Assembly: GCA_965214995.1 (NCBI GenBank)
Contig: CBDCCT010000002.1
Coordinates: 4,795,160-4,859,159 of the forward strand
Direction of reading: 5' to 3'
Length of the DNA stretch: 64,000 bases
DNA from: Trueperaceae bacterium
Lineage (GTDB): Bacteria > Deinococcota > Deinococci > Deinococcales > Trueperaceae
The notes under the pieces are model-generated. The model saw nothing but the letters and a program-made list of their open reading frames with translations, was not told the DNA's origin and did not search any database. Each line of letters opens with the position of its first letter. The stretch's first letter is position 1. This document shows, in pieces, positions 9,758-18,701 of the stretch. Position numbers and translations under genes: made by a program.

Positions 9758-10690
9758 ATGACGAATCTTGCGTCTCAGAGTACGGTTAGCGTGGTTTTGG
9801 TGACCAACGTCGGTCAGGGCTTCGGGCGGGCCGTCGCGCTCGCCTACGGCCAGGCCGACTATGACGTCGTCTGCGCCGACAGAGACGTGGACTTGGCCTC
9901 AAAGACCGCCGCGGAAATCGAGGAGGGGGGCGGCCAGGCCATCCCCATCCAGGCCGACATGACCACCCAGATGGACGTGCAAAACGCCTTTGAGAAGGTG
10001 TTCGAGATTTTCGGCGACCTCTCGGGCGTGGTCCACGTGGCTTCGTTCGAGAGCCACACCCGCTTCCGCGACCTAAGCGAAAACGAATTCAACGAGCTCC
10101 TGGACGAAAACGTGCGGAGCACGTTTTTAACGCTCAAGACGGCGGCGCGTCTTCTAAGGAACGCCTGGCTGGTGCTGGTGAGCCCGCCCAGAAGTGCCAC
10201 CGAGCCCCACATGGTCGCGGTGCGGGGCGCTATTACCCGCATGGCCGCGGGGTTCGAGGCGCGTTACAGCACGCTGCGCGTCAACGTGGTGGTGCCCTCG
10301 CGCACCGCCTCGGACCCCCGGCACGACGCGCCTCTGGTCAAGAGCGTGCGTTACCTGGGGTCGGACGAGGCGGTGGGGCTTTCCGGCCACAGGTTTTACG
10401 TGACGCTGCCGCCCCCGCCCCGCGTCACCGAGTCGCTCCTGCCCGAGGTCCGCGCCGCGCTGGACGAAAACGTGCGCCAGGACGATCTGGAGGCGAGTCT
10501 TTACGAAGAGGACATGGAGGACGAGCGCGCGGAGGGCGCAGAAGACGAGGCGGAGGCTGAAGGCGGCCTGAACGACACAGAAACAGAGGACGGTTACAGC
10601 TTGGGGGACGACGTTGTCGGCGAAGACGAGGACGCTGAAGGTTATAGCGACCTTCTTTTGCGGCTCGAGAACCTCAAGAACCCGCGGTGA
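9758..10690 (+). CDS. degenerate SDR-like (Rossmann) protein with poly-acidic C-terminal tail
   Basis: SDR-like fold ('VLVTNVGQGFGRAVALA') without an evident YxxxK catalytic pair. The ~80-residue C-terminus is rich in D/E. Confidence 0.55.
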   Translation: MTNLASQSTVSVVLVTNVGQGFGRAVALAYGQADYDVVCADRDVDLASKTAAEIEEGGGQAIPIQADMTTQMDVQNAFEKVFEIFGDLSGVVHVASFESHTRFRDLSENEFNELLDENVRSTFLTLKTAARLLRNAWLVLVSPPRSATEPHMVAVRGAITRMAAGFEARYSTLRVNVVVPSRTASDPRHDAPLVKSVRYLGSDEAVGLSGHRFYVTLPPPPRVTESLLPEVRAALDENVRQDDLEASLYEEDMEDERAEGAEDEAEAEGGLNDTETEDGYSLGDDVVGEDEDAEGYSDLLLRLENLKNPR

Positions 10691-10700
10691 CCATATCGGA

Positions 10701-10726
10701 GATCATGGCCGTAGATCATGGCCGTA
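10701..10726. repeat. perfect tandem 13-bp direct repeat (gatcatggccgta x2) upstream of nrdR
   Basis: Read directly in the sequence. Confidence 0.6.
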
Positions 10727-10769
10727 GCTGGTGCGGTAGGGTGAATCACGAGGGGCTGGGGGCAGACGC

Positions 10770-11231
10770 GTGAAGTGCCCCTTTTGCTCGTCTCATGACA
10801 CCCGCGTGGTCAACTCGCGCCCCTCGGACGAGAACACCGCCATTCGCAGGCGGCGCGAGTGCACGGCCTGCGCGCGCCGCTTTACCACCTACGAGCGCGC
10901 GCAGTTCGAGGTGCTGATGGTCAAAAAGCGCTCCGGCAGGCGTGAGGCCTTCGACCCCGACAAGCTCCTCAACAAGCTGCGCATCGCCTCCAACAAGCGG
11001 CCCGTGACCGAGAAACAGCTGCGCGAGTTCGCCTACACCTTTGAAGACGAGGTGTCGGTGCCGGAAGTAGCTTCCGAAGAGATCGGGGTGCGGGCGCTCC
11101 GCTTCCTCAAAAGCCTCGACGACGTGGCCTACATACGGTTTCTGAGCGTCTACCGCGATTTCGACTCGGTCGACCGTTTTATCGATGAGATCAAGCAGTT
11201 GGGCGAAGGGGAAAAGGAGGGCAAAAAATAA
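10770..11231 (+). CDS. nrdR: transcriptional repressor NrdR
   Basis: 'MKCPFCSSHDTRVVNSRP....IRRRRECTAC..RFTTYER' zinc ribbon followed by an ATP-cone. GTG start. Confidence 0.92.
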   Translation: MKCPFCSSHDTRVVNSRPSDENTAIRRRRECTACARRFTTYERAQFEVLMVKKRSGRREAFDPDKLLNKLRIASNKRPVTEKQLREFAYTFEDEVSVPEVASEEIGVRALRFLKSLDDVAYIRFLSVYRDFDSVDRFIDEIKQLGEGEKEGKK

Positions 11232-11276
11232 GGGCACCTGTAAGGGTGCCCTTGTTCCTTTGGCGTTACCAGCTAC

Positions 11277-12095
11277 TTACTGGTCGCCGCCCGTGCCGCC
11301 GGTCATGCCGCCCGTCATATCCATCCCGCCGGTCATGTCCATATCGTCCATCATGTCGCCGCCGGTCATCATGTCGCCGCCGGTCATCATATCCATATCG
11401 CCCATCATGTCTTCGCCGCCGGTCATCATGTCACCGCCGGTCATCATGTCCATGCCGCCCATCATACCGGGGGTGATTTGCCCGCGGAGCTCGCCGCTCT
11501 CGTGCATCTCGGTGTGGACGTTGATGTAGAGGTTGCCCGCCTCGAACGCCTCGACCTGCTCGGGCGTGAGGTCGGCCTCGACGCTGAGGATGCCGCTCGA
11601 GCCGTCCGCGTCCGCGCTCACGTTGAGCGGGATGATGACGGGGCCGTTTTCGCCCGCGGGCGCCATGTGGATGTGCGCGGGCGTGCCCGCAATTTCGACA
11701 AGCGGGCTGCTCAGGTCGGAGAAGTCGCCCTGGACCGTGAGCGTGCCGTCGACTAGGCTGACCGACGCGGAGCCCGTCGCCGAGGTCTCGACGGGGGGAA
11801 CCTGCTGGGCACCGGACAGCATGACCTCAAAGGTGTTCATGCCCATCATGCCGCCGGTCATGTCCATCCCGCCGGTCATCATGTCCATGCCACCGGTCAT
11901 GCCCATGTCCATGCCGCCGGTCATATCCATCATGTCCTCGCCGCCGGTCATCATGTCGCCGCCGGTCATCATGTCGCCGCCGGTCATGTCCATCCCGCCC
12001 GTCATATCCATGTCGCCGCCGGTCATCCCGCCGGTATCTTGGGCGTAGGCCACGAGGCAGAAAGTGAGGCTCAAGGCTAAAAACATTCGTTTCAT
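11277..12095 (-). CDS. secreted CHRD-domain protein flanked by Met/Gly/Asp-rich (MTGGDM) repeat arms
   Basis: Signal peptide MKRMFLALSLTFCLVAYA. Central CHRD motifs are 'GAQQVPPVETSATG...AHIHMAPAGENGPVIIPL...LYINVHTEMHESGELRGQI'. About 70 aa of N-terminal and about 75 aa of C-terminal MTGG/DM repeats flank the domain. The start was trimmed to 12095. Confidence 0.8.
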   Translation of the reverse strand: MKRMFLALSLTFCLVAYAQDTGGMTGGDMDMTGGMDMTGGDMMTGGDMMTGGEDMMDMTGGMDMGMTGGMDMMTGGMDMTGGMMGMNTFEVMLSGAQQVPPVETSATGSASVSLVDGTLTVQGDFSDLSSPLVEIAGTPAHIHMAPAGENGPVIIPLNVSADADGSSGILSVEADLTPEQVEAFEAGNLYINVHTEMHESGELRGQITPGMMGGMDMMTGGDMMTGGEDMMGDMDMMTGGDMMTGGDMMDDMDMTGGMDMTGGMTGGTGGDQ

Positions 12096-12354
12096 GTTGC
12101 ACACTCCTTCTTTGGATTGGTTCTTCTTTGTAGCGGTTCCTTCACATAGACTTTTACACATCCGCGCGCAAAAAGGATGTAAAACCCTCTCCGACACGCC
12201 TGTTACGCGTTTTGAGTGTAGCGCGGCGCGTCACCCCGAAAACGTAACTCAGGCTATTGTACACGCGCCCGGTACGGCGAAACAAGAAATGATGAAGGGT
12301 GGTCATGGGCGAGGCAGGCGCAGCCCGTGGAAAGTCGGCGACACCACGTCGCGT

Positions 12355-13146
12355 TCAGCCCGGCAGCGGGTACAAGACGATGGGCGTGCTTGTGGGTTGC
12401 GGGCTTCCCCCGGGCGGCTCGAGCGTCACGCCGAAGGTGCTCCCCGCGGGCAAGGGGGCGGGGATGTTGACGACGCGGCTTTCGAACGTTCCCAAGGAGC
12501 GCGGCGTGTCCCCCACGATTTCCCAGGCTTGGTAGACGCTTTCAGGGGGCGGCTCGGCGTCAAAGACCACCAAGACGCTGTTGTCGGCGCGGCGCGCGAG
12601 GGTGCCGATGGGCTCGCTCTGGCTGTCGGTCAGGGTCTGACACACGCCATCCTGGCGCGCGCAGAGCATCTCGAGCTCGCTCACAATCTGGACGTCTTCG
12701 GAGCGCGGGCCGAATACGCTCAGCCAGGCCAGCACGACGACGGCCGCGGCGGTAGCGAGCCCCAGCCACAGCGTCCGCATCGACCACGGCCCCGGCTGTG
12801 ACCTCGGCTGTGACTCAATCTGCGGTGGCGCGTCCTCCGCCTCCTTTTCTCCCGCCTCTCTCGCTTCCCCAGGTTGTTCCGTCTGCGCCGTTCCGGTCTG
12901 TCTTTTATACACGCCGACTCTATCGGCGGGTGCCTGCTGAATCCGCGCCAGCAGCTTCGCCTCGGCGTCTTCGGGCAGCACCTCGGGTGTGTTGGAGAGC
13001 GCGTAAGTTGCGAGCGCTTCGAAAGAGTCCTTGACCCACGCCGCCTCGTCTGGGTGCGCCCGGAGGTGCTGCGTCACCTCGTCTTCGTCCTTGGGAGAAA
13101 GCAGGCCCAGAACGTAGGCGACAAGGGTGTCTTGGTCTACGTTCAC
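12355..13146 (-). CDS. anti-sigma factor, RskA (anti-sigma-K) family, single-pass membrane
   Basis: N-terminal anti-sigma region, one TM helix (LWLGLATAAAVVVLAWLSV) and a C-terminal RskA-like extracytoplasmic domain ('YQAWEIVGDTPRSLGTF...VTLEPPGGSPQPT'). It overlaps the sigma gene by 4 nt. Confidence 0.7.
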   Translation of the reverse strand: MNVDQDTLVAYVLGLLSPKDEDEVTQHLRAHPDEAAWVKDSFEALATYALSNTPEVLPEDAEAKLLARIQQAPADRVGVYKRQTGTAQTEQPGEAREAGEKEAEDAPPQIESQPRSQPGPWSMRTLWLGLATAAAVVVLAWLSVFGPRSEDVQIVSELEMLCARQDGVCQTLTDSQSEPIGTLARRADNSVLVVFDAEPPPESVYQAWEIVGDTPRSLGTFESRVVNIPAPLPAGSTFGVTLEPPGGSPQPTSTPIVLYPLPG

Positions 13147-13664
13147 AGCTCACCTCCCAGGGTCTCGCGCAGTTTGCCCAGCGCGGTGCGAAGTTTCGTC
13201 TTGACGGTGCCCAGGGGCTTGCCCGTCAGCTCGGCCAGTTGGCGGTGCGAGTGCCCCTCGTAAAAGGCCAGTTCGATAAGGTGCCGCTCCTCCTCCTCGA
13301 GGCTCGAGAGCGCCCCCTCGAGCTCGATGCGCTCCAGATGGTCGGGCGGCGGCGTGGGCGCATCCCAGTGCTCGAGCGGCATCAAGACCAGCTTGGTGCC
13401 CCGGATGCGGTTCAAAACCAGGCGGTGCGCAATCGTCACCAGCCAGGTTTTGGCGCTCGCCTGCCCCGGGTCGAACCGGTCCGCCGCCTCCCAGGCCCGC
13501 ACAAACGCGTCCTGGACGCTCTGCTGCACCTCGTCGGGGTCGCGCAACATCCGCCGGGCGACCGCCGCCAGGTAGGGCGCGTAGCGCTTGTGGAGCTCGA
13601 CCAGCGCGGCCTCGTCGCGCGCGGCCATCCGCTGGACCAAAAGCTCGTCGGTTCGCTCCTCCAC
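13143..13664 (-). CDS. ECF (sigma-70 group 4) RNA polymerase sigma factor
   Basis: Region-2 'DAFVRAWEAADRFDP....WLVTIAHRLVLNRIR' and a region-4 HTH ('SHRQLAELTGKPLGTVKTKL'). Confidence 0.85.
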   Translation of the reverse strand: MEERTDELLVQRMAARDEAALVELHKRYAPYLAAVARRMLRDPDEVQQSVQDAFVRAWEAADRFDPGQASAKTWLVTIAHRLVLNRIRGTKLVLMPLEHWDAPTPPPDHLERIELEGALSSLEEEERHLIELAFYEGHSHRQLAELTGKPLGTVKTKLRTALGKLRETLGGEL

Positions 13665-13882
13665 TAAAGGCTTACACCTGTGAGATAGGGTCTGGATGTA
13701 TGAATGTGTATTATGCGTAGTCCATGATTTTTTGGCGCTGTCCGCCGGGGTACTCTGTAAATTCTACCCTCACCGCTTCTACGCGTGCGACCCCCAAACA
13801 TGGGATTTGACAAAGTAGTCAATACTAATACAGCGTCACCCGTGCTCGAGCGACTCAGCCCGTCCTTCCTGCAACCTTTGCA

Positions 13883-13912
13883 CCTGTGACTGTTCACCCT
13901 GTGACTGTTCAC
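13883..13912. repeat. perfect tandem 15-bp direct repeat (cctgtgactgttcac x2) in AT-rich region upstream of ECF sigma gene
   Basis: Read directly in the sequence. Its reverse complement contains GTGAAC twice, which resembles an ECF -35 element. Confidence 0.5.
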
Positions 13913-13952
13913 TATGTAGCCAATCATAACGCACCTCTTGGTCAATCGCTAA

Positions 13953-16751
13953 CTAATCATCCCACCGAACCGACGACCCCTGAGGCCCCTTTTGTACCAC
14001 GAGCCGGTCGGGGAGGCGTTCCGAGAGCGCGCTCACGTGGGTAATCACGCCCACCATGCGCCCCTGCGCGGTGAGCGCCTGCAAAACTTGCGTCACCGAA
14101 TGGAGCGTTTCCGCGTCTAGGGTGCCGAAGCCCTCGTCGAGAAAAAGCGCCCCCAGCGCCTTGCTGCCCGCCAAGATGTCCGAAAGCGCGAGCGCGAGCG
14201 CGAGGCTGGTGATGAACGACTCGCCGCCCGAGAGCGTCTTGGCGCTCCGCAGTTCGCCCGTGTTCCAGGTGTCTAAAACGTGGTAGTCGCCCTCGGTGAA
14301 AAGGAGGTCGTAGCGCCCCTCGGTCACCTCGCGGACGATTTGCGAGGCGCGCGCGGCCAGCTTAGCCTGCACCCGCGTCATGAGGAAGTCGGGGAACTTG
14401 TCCGAGCGCAGGTCGAGCGAGAGGAGGCGGTAGAGGGAATGTTCGCCCTCGAGCCTAGCGGCGCGTTCGCGCAACCCCTTGGCGCGTTCCAAAAGGCGCT
14501 CGACCCCCTCGAGCTCCCCCGCCGCCCCGCCCAGACGCCGCTGCACGGCCTCGAGCGAGTCTTCAAGCTCCTCGCGCTTCGCCTTCGCCTCCGCCAACGC
14601 CCCCGCGTCGAGCGTCCGCCCTGCAAGCTTGGCCTGAAGCTCGACCGCCTTGCGTTCGGCGGCGTCGCGCTGGGTCTCGAAAGACTTAACGCGCGTTTCC
14701 AGCACCCCCAGCCTGGCCTCGGGCAGCACCGCCGCGCGCACCTCGGCGGCGTCTGCGAAGCCGGTTCGGTGGAGCGCCTCCTCAAAGGCTTGGGCGGCGC
14801 TTGCGGCCTCTTCAGAACGTTCGGCAAGGCGCGTGCCCAGCATCTCCACCTTTGTTTCGTGTGTCTCTAATGCGCCCCGCGCCCCCTCTCGAGCCGTGCG
14901 CGCGGCGTCGAGCGCGTTTTGCAGCCCTTTACGCTCCGCGGTGAGTTGGGCGTAGGCGCGCTCCGGGTCGAGGCCGTTGGCGCGCCCCCGGATGGTTTGG
15001 GCGAGACTTGCGAGAAGCCCCACCCGCCGCTCCTCCAAAAGCCGCTCCAACGCCTCCGGCTCGAGCGTGCTAAAACCTGTGAAGCTCGAGCCCGCCTCTT
15101 CCAACCCTCGCTGAGCCCGCGCCAACGCCGCCTCGGTTTTGGAAATCTCCCCTTTCCAATCTCCTAAGCGCGCCTCCAACGTACTCAATTTGCCGTTCGC
15201 ATCACGATATTCGTCCAAAAGCCGCTCACGCGCCTCCTTGGCGGCGTCTCGTTCGCGCACCAGGCGGGGCAGGTCGGTGTGCGTCTCGGGCGGGAGAGTT
15301 TGCACCGGCTGCGTGCAAACCGGGCAGGGCTCGCCCACGTGGAGGTGGGTGCGGAGCGCGGCGGCGCGGTTCTCAATTTCGGCGCGTTTATACGCCTCTT
15401 CCGCTGCGTCCTGGCGCTCCCTGGCGGCGAGGCCCCGCTCTTTAATCTTTTCAATCTCGCCTCGAAGCGCCTTGACGTCCCCTTCGCCCCGCCCAAAGGT
15501 CGCCTTGGCCGTCTCTACCGCCCGCTGAGCCTCTCCCACGTCCCGCTGCGCGCGTTTGAGCGCGGGGAGACCCAACAACTGCGCCTGGAGCGTGTCCCAG
15601 GCGGCTTCATCGTAAGTCACGTCCGGTGTGGCCTGCTCGGCCAGCGCCAGGTCGCCCCCGCGCGACCGGAGGAGCGTGACGAGGGGCCGGAGTTCGGCCA
15701 GGGCCTCGAGCCTCTCGCTCAACTCCGGTATCTTGGCCGCGCCTTGTTCCGCCTCTTCAAACCGCGCCTCGGCGAGACGCGCCGCTTCCCGCGCCGCCTC
15801 CCGCGCGGCCTCGCCCGCCGCCCGCTCCCGCCGCGCCGCCTCCAACTTGCGCTGACGTTCGTCCAACGCCGTAAGGTGAGGCGCGACGAGCGCCGCCTCC
15901 CGCGCCTTTGAAAGCGTCCGCCGCGCCGCCGCCACCTCCTCTTCCTGCGCTTTTAAGTTGTTAAGCTGCCGCTCCACCCCCGCCTGCTCGTCGAGGAGTG
16001 CCGCCACCGCCTCGAGCTCTTTCAACCTTTGTGCGACGCTTTCACGCTCCCCCTCGAGCCCGGTTTTACGCGCCTTGAGCTCCTCCAACTCCTTTTTAAG
16101 CTCGCGCCGCCTTTCGGGCGTGGCCCCCGCGTAGTCCTGCTCGAGCCGCGTCCGAAGCCCCGCCGCCTCGCTCTGCGCGGCCCGCGCTCGTTCACCCGCG
16201 AGGCGCGCAATTCTTTCGACCGTGCCAAGGTTGAGGAGGCTGACGAGGAGCTTGCGCCTCTCAGAGGCGTTGCCGCGCAAAAATTCGTCGAAGGCTCCCT
16301 GCGGCAGCAAGACCGCGCGGGTAAAGCCCTCGTAGTCGAGGCCGATGATGTCGGTAAGCTTGGCGTTGGCCTCCTTCATTTTCTCGCTCTCGGGAAGCTG
16401 CCGCCACGTCGCGTCCTTTTGCAACCGTTCGATGCGCGTCTGGTTGTCCGGGCCACGGCTCCCTTTACGCTCGGACACGCGCGTGACGCGGTAGGTGGTG
16501 TCTCTGTCGGTGCGGAACTCGAGCGTCACAAACATGCTCTGCAAGCCAGGCGAGATGAGCGCGTCCACCAGCCCCCTCGAGCCCAAGCGCGCCGTTTGTC
16601 CATAAAGCGCGTACGTCACCGCGTCGAGCAGCGTCGACTTGCCCGCCCCGGTGGGCCCGGAGATGGCGAAAAGGTCTAAGTCCTCAAAGTTGACTTCGGT
16701 CGATTCCCGAAAACAAGCAAAGCCGCCCAGCGTAAGCTTGAGCGGTCTCAC
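13953..16751 (-). CDS. sbcC: DNA repair exonuclease SbcCD ATPase subunit SbcC
   Basis: 932 aa. N-terminal Walker A 'ISGPTGAGKSTLLDA', a long coiled coil, a CPVC zinc hook and a C-terminal signature plus Walker B 'LSGGE...LFLDEGFGTLD'. Confidence 0.9.
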   Translation of the reverse strand: MRPLKLTLGGFACFRESTEVNFEDLDLFAISGPTGAGKSTLLDAVTYALYGQTARLGSRGLVDALISPGLQSMFVTLEFRTDRDTTYRVTRVSERKGSRGPDNQTRIERLQKDATWRQLPESEKMKEANAKLTDIIGLDYEGFTRAVLLPQGAFDEFLRGNASERRKLLVSLLNLGTVERIARLAGERARAAQSEAAGLRTRLEQDYAGATPERRRELKKELEELKARKTGLEGERESVAQRLKELEAVAALLDEQAGVERQLNNLKAQEEEVAAARRTLSKAREAALVAPHLTALDERQRKLEAARRERAAGEAAREAAREAARLAEARFEEAEQGAAKIPELSERLEALAELRPLVTLLRSRGGDLALAEQATPDVTYDEAAWDTLQAQLLGLPALKRAQRDVGEAQRAVETAKATFGRGEGDVKALRGEIEKIKERGLAARERQDAAEEAYKRAEIENRAAALRTHLHVGEPCPVCTQPVQTLPPETHTDLPRLVRERDAAKEARERLLDEYRDANGKLSTLEARLGDWKGEISKTEAALARAQRGLEEAGSSFTGFSTLEPEALERLLEERRVGLLASLAQTIRGRANGLDPERAYAQLTAERKGLQNALDAARTAREGARGALETHETKVEMLGTRLAERSEEAASAAQAFEEALHRTGFADAAEVRAAVLPEARLGVLETRVKSFETQRDAAERKAVELQAKLAGRTLDAGALAEAKAKREELEDSLEAVQRRLGGAAGELEGVERLLERAKGLRERAARLEGEHSLYRLLSLDLRSDKFPDFLMTRVQAKLAARASQIVREVTEGRYDLLFTEGDYHVLDTWNTGELRSAKTLSGGESFITSLALALALSDILAGSKALGALFLDEGFGTLDAETLHSVTQVLQALTAQGRMVGVITHVSALSERLPDRLVVQKGPQGSSVRWDD

Positions 16752-17983
16752 AGCGCCCCCTCCGGCACAGTGTTTTTTGCTGTATCTTTTGTTACCGCGT
16801 CCCCGGCCTCTTCTTCGTCTTCAAGCACCGTTTTGTAGAGCCCCAAAAACGCCTCGCGCAGTTCGTCGGGCAGGTCGTCCGCCCGCCCCTCGCGGTAATA
16901 CTGCGCGTAGGCGTCCACGAGCTCGACCTTTTCCAGGTCCACGCCGCCGGGGGCGGGTCCTTCCGCCTCGGGCAGCGTTTGCTCCACGGTGAGGACGTTG
17001 GGCAAACTTGCCTTGACGCGGTCTTTGAGGCCCGGCTCGGGGTGAGAAAGCTCGAGCACGATCTTAAGCCAGCCGTCGAAGGAAGAAAGCTCGAGCAGCT
17101 TACGCTCCACCTCCTCGCGTTTCACCTTCACGCGCCCCAGCCTTCGACCCGCCCGCACCTCGTGCCGCCTGACGAGTTCGGTGGGGCGGCCCGCTCTCGC
17201 CTCAACGATGTCCACATATTTTGTGGTCCCCTGTTCGCCAAAGTCGAGTTGCAAGGGCGAACCCACGTAACGCGCCGCATATTCGGGAAAGTCTTTGACG
17301 GGCTGCGGCTTATGGATATGCCCGAGCGCCACGTACGAAACGTTCTCGGGGAAAATATCCGGGCTCAGGCTGTAGTTCTCGGTGCAGTGAAAGCTGTATT
17401 CGGAGTTCGACAGCGTCGCGCCGTTCATGGTCGTGTGCATGACGAGCAGGTTCACCGTGTCGGCGCTGAAAGGCTTGGTGAGGTTCTGGATGAGCCCCCG
17501 CATTCCCGCCTGATACCGCTCGCGCCACGCCCCGGCGTCCCCTTCCAAAAGCTCTAAAACCTTGACGATGCGGCGCTCCGACACAAAGGGCAGCGCGGCA
17601 ATCTGCGCAACCTCGTCGCCAAAGCGCATCTCAAAGCTGCCTCCCTGCCCCGCCACCTTAGCCTCGCCAAAGGCGCGCACGTTCACAAGTTTTAAAAGCC
17701 CGCCCACCGCGTCCAAGCGGCTCGGCGCGTCGTGGTTGCCCGCAATGGCTACGCTCGGAATCCCCGCGCGGCCCGTGGTGAGGAAAAATTCATAAATCGC
17801 CTCTTCGGCCTCAGCACCCGGATTTTTGGTGTCGTAAAGGTCGCCCGCGACCAGTATCAGGTCAACTTGTTCTTCAATCGCCAGCGCCGCGATTTCTTGC
17901 AGGACGGCGCGGATTTCGGGGGTGCGGTTCACGCCGTGCAGGCTGCGCCCGGCGTGCCAGTCGGCGGTGTGGAGGATTTTCAT
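16748..17983 (-). CDS. sbcD: SbcD/Mre11-family nuclease
   Basis: 'MKILHTADWHAG' and 'LILVAGDLYD' phosphoesterase motifs. It overlaps sbcC by 4 nt. Confidence 0.9.
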   Translation of the reverse strand: MKILHTADWHAGRSLHGVNRTPEIRAVLQEIAALAIEEQVDLILVAGDLYDTKNPGAEAEEAIYEFFLTTGRAGIPSVAIAGNHDAPSRLDAVGGLLKLVNVRAFGEAKVAGQGGSFEMRFGDEVAQIAALPFVSERRIVKVLELLEGDAGAWRERYQAGMRGLIQNLTKPFSADTVNLLVMHTTMNGATLSNSEYSFHCTENYSLSPDIFPENVSYVALGHIHKPQPVKDFPEYAARYVGSPLQLDFGEQGTTKYVDIVEARAGRPTELVRRHEVRAGRRLGRVKVKREEVERKLLELSSFDGWLKIVLELSHPEPGLKDRVKASLPNVLTVEQTLPEAEGPAPGGVDLEKVELVDAYAQYYREGRADDLPDELREAFLGLYKTVLEDEEEAGDAVTKDTAKNTVPEGAL

Positions 17984-18059
17984 AAGGTGAGAAGGGTTGA
18001 GTGAACGAATTTGGAACGAGTTAGCATAACGTTATTTTACGCGCTAGAAACCTCCTGCA

Positions 18060-18425
18060 TCAGCCCGGCAAGCTTCTTATGCGCACCCCCCTTGACTGCA
18101 CCACCACGAAACGCCCCCATAGCTTCACGTTTTGCACCTCGACAAGGCGCACCACTTTCTCCACCACGTCCCGCTTTTCATGCTGTTGATACCGCAAAAA
18201 GACAACGCTCACGTCCCCCGCGCCTGCTAAATAAACCAAGCGCCCAAAATCGCTGTCCTCGGTCAAGAGAATACGGCTCTCCCGTTTTGCCAACGCGACA
18301 ACGTCTCTGTCCGTCGCACCGCCCATTACTTCCGCAACGCTTTGAACATCGTGTCCTGCTGTTTGAAGTGCGTAATAGAAGGCGAAGTCACAACTTTCAT
18401 CAATCAAAAAGCGTAATGGGTTCAA
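18060..18425 (-). CDS. DUF5615 (PIN-like) toxin-like protein
   Basis: 'NPLRFLIDESCDF..........LTEDSDFG' PIN-like fold. The probable TTG start at 18425 lies 7 nt after the DUF433 stop. The ORF-track start at 18503 would overlap DUF433. Confidence 0.6.
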   Translation of the reverse strand: MNPLRFLIDESCDFAFYYALQTAGHDVQSVAEVMGGATDRDVVALAKRESRILLTEDSDFGRLVYLAGAGDVSVVFLRYQQHEKRDVVEKVVRLVEVQNVKLWGRFVVVQSRGVRIRSLPG

Positions 18426-18432
18426 TATAAAC

Positions 18433-18669
18433 TCAAGCCGGCTTCTTAAGCAGCACGGTTTCATCAAGAGAAACCGCCGCAGCCGCGTAAGCCAGCGCAG
18501 CATAGATGTCCTCTTTGACCAGGTGGGGATAAGCTTCCAAAAGCTCAGCCGTGCTCGAGCCCTCGGAAAGCTTTTTCAGAAGTAACGCAACTGGGACGCG
18601 CGTCCCTTTGATGACGGGCTTTCCCACCATCACTTCCGGATTAATTTCGATACGCTCGGCTAGTTTCAT
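18433..18669 (-). CDS. DUF433 antitoxin-like protein
   Basis: 'MKLAERIEINPEVMVGKPVIKGTRVPVALLLKKLSEG' is the typical DUF433 signature. Likely start at 18669. Confidence 0.65.
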   Translation of the reverse strand: MKLAERIEINPEVMVGKPVIKGTRVPVALLLKKLSEGSSTAELLEAYPHLVKEDIYAALAYAAAAVSLDETVLLKKPA

Positions 18670-18701
18670 TCTTCGTTTCCCTCTGTCTCTACGTCCTGTC
18701 T

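Noticed and set aside
11185-12048. Plus-strand ORFs (114 and 171 aa) translating as 'MSPPVIMSPPVIMS…'
   Set aside because: They are the antisense reading of the Met-rich repeat arms of the minus-strand CHRD gene. They have no signal peptide or start context, and their periodicity mirrors the sense strand.
13664-13945. 93-aa minus-strand ORF in the AT-rich spacer upstream of the ECF sigma gene
   Set aside because: Its codon usage is at odds with the genome (AT-rich) and there is no RBS. The region is better explained as promoter or regulatory sequence.
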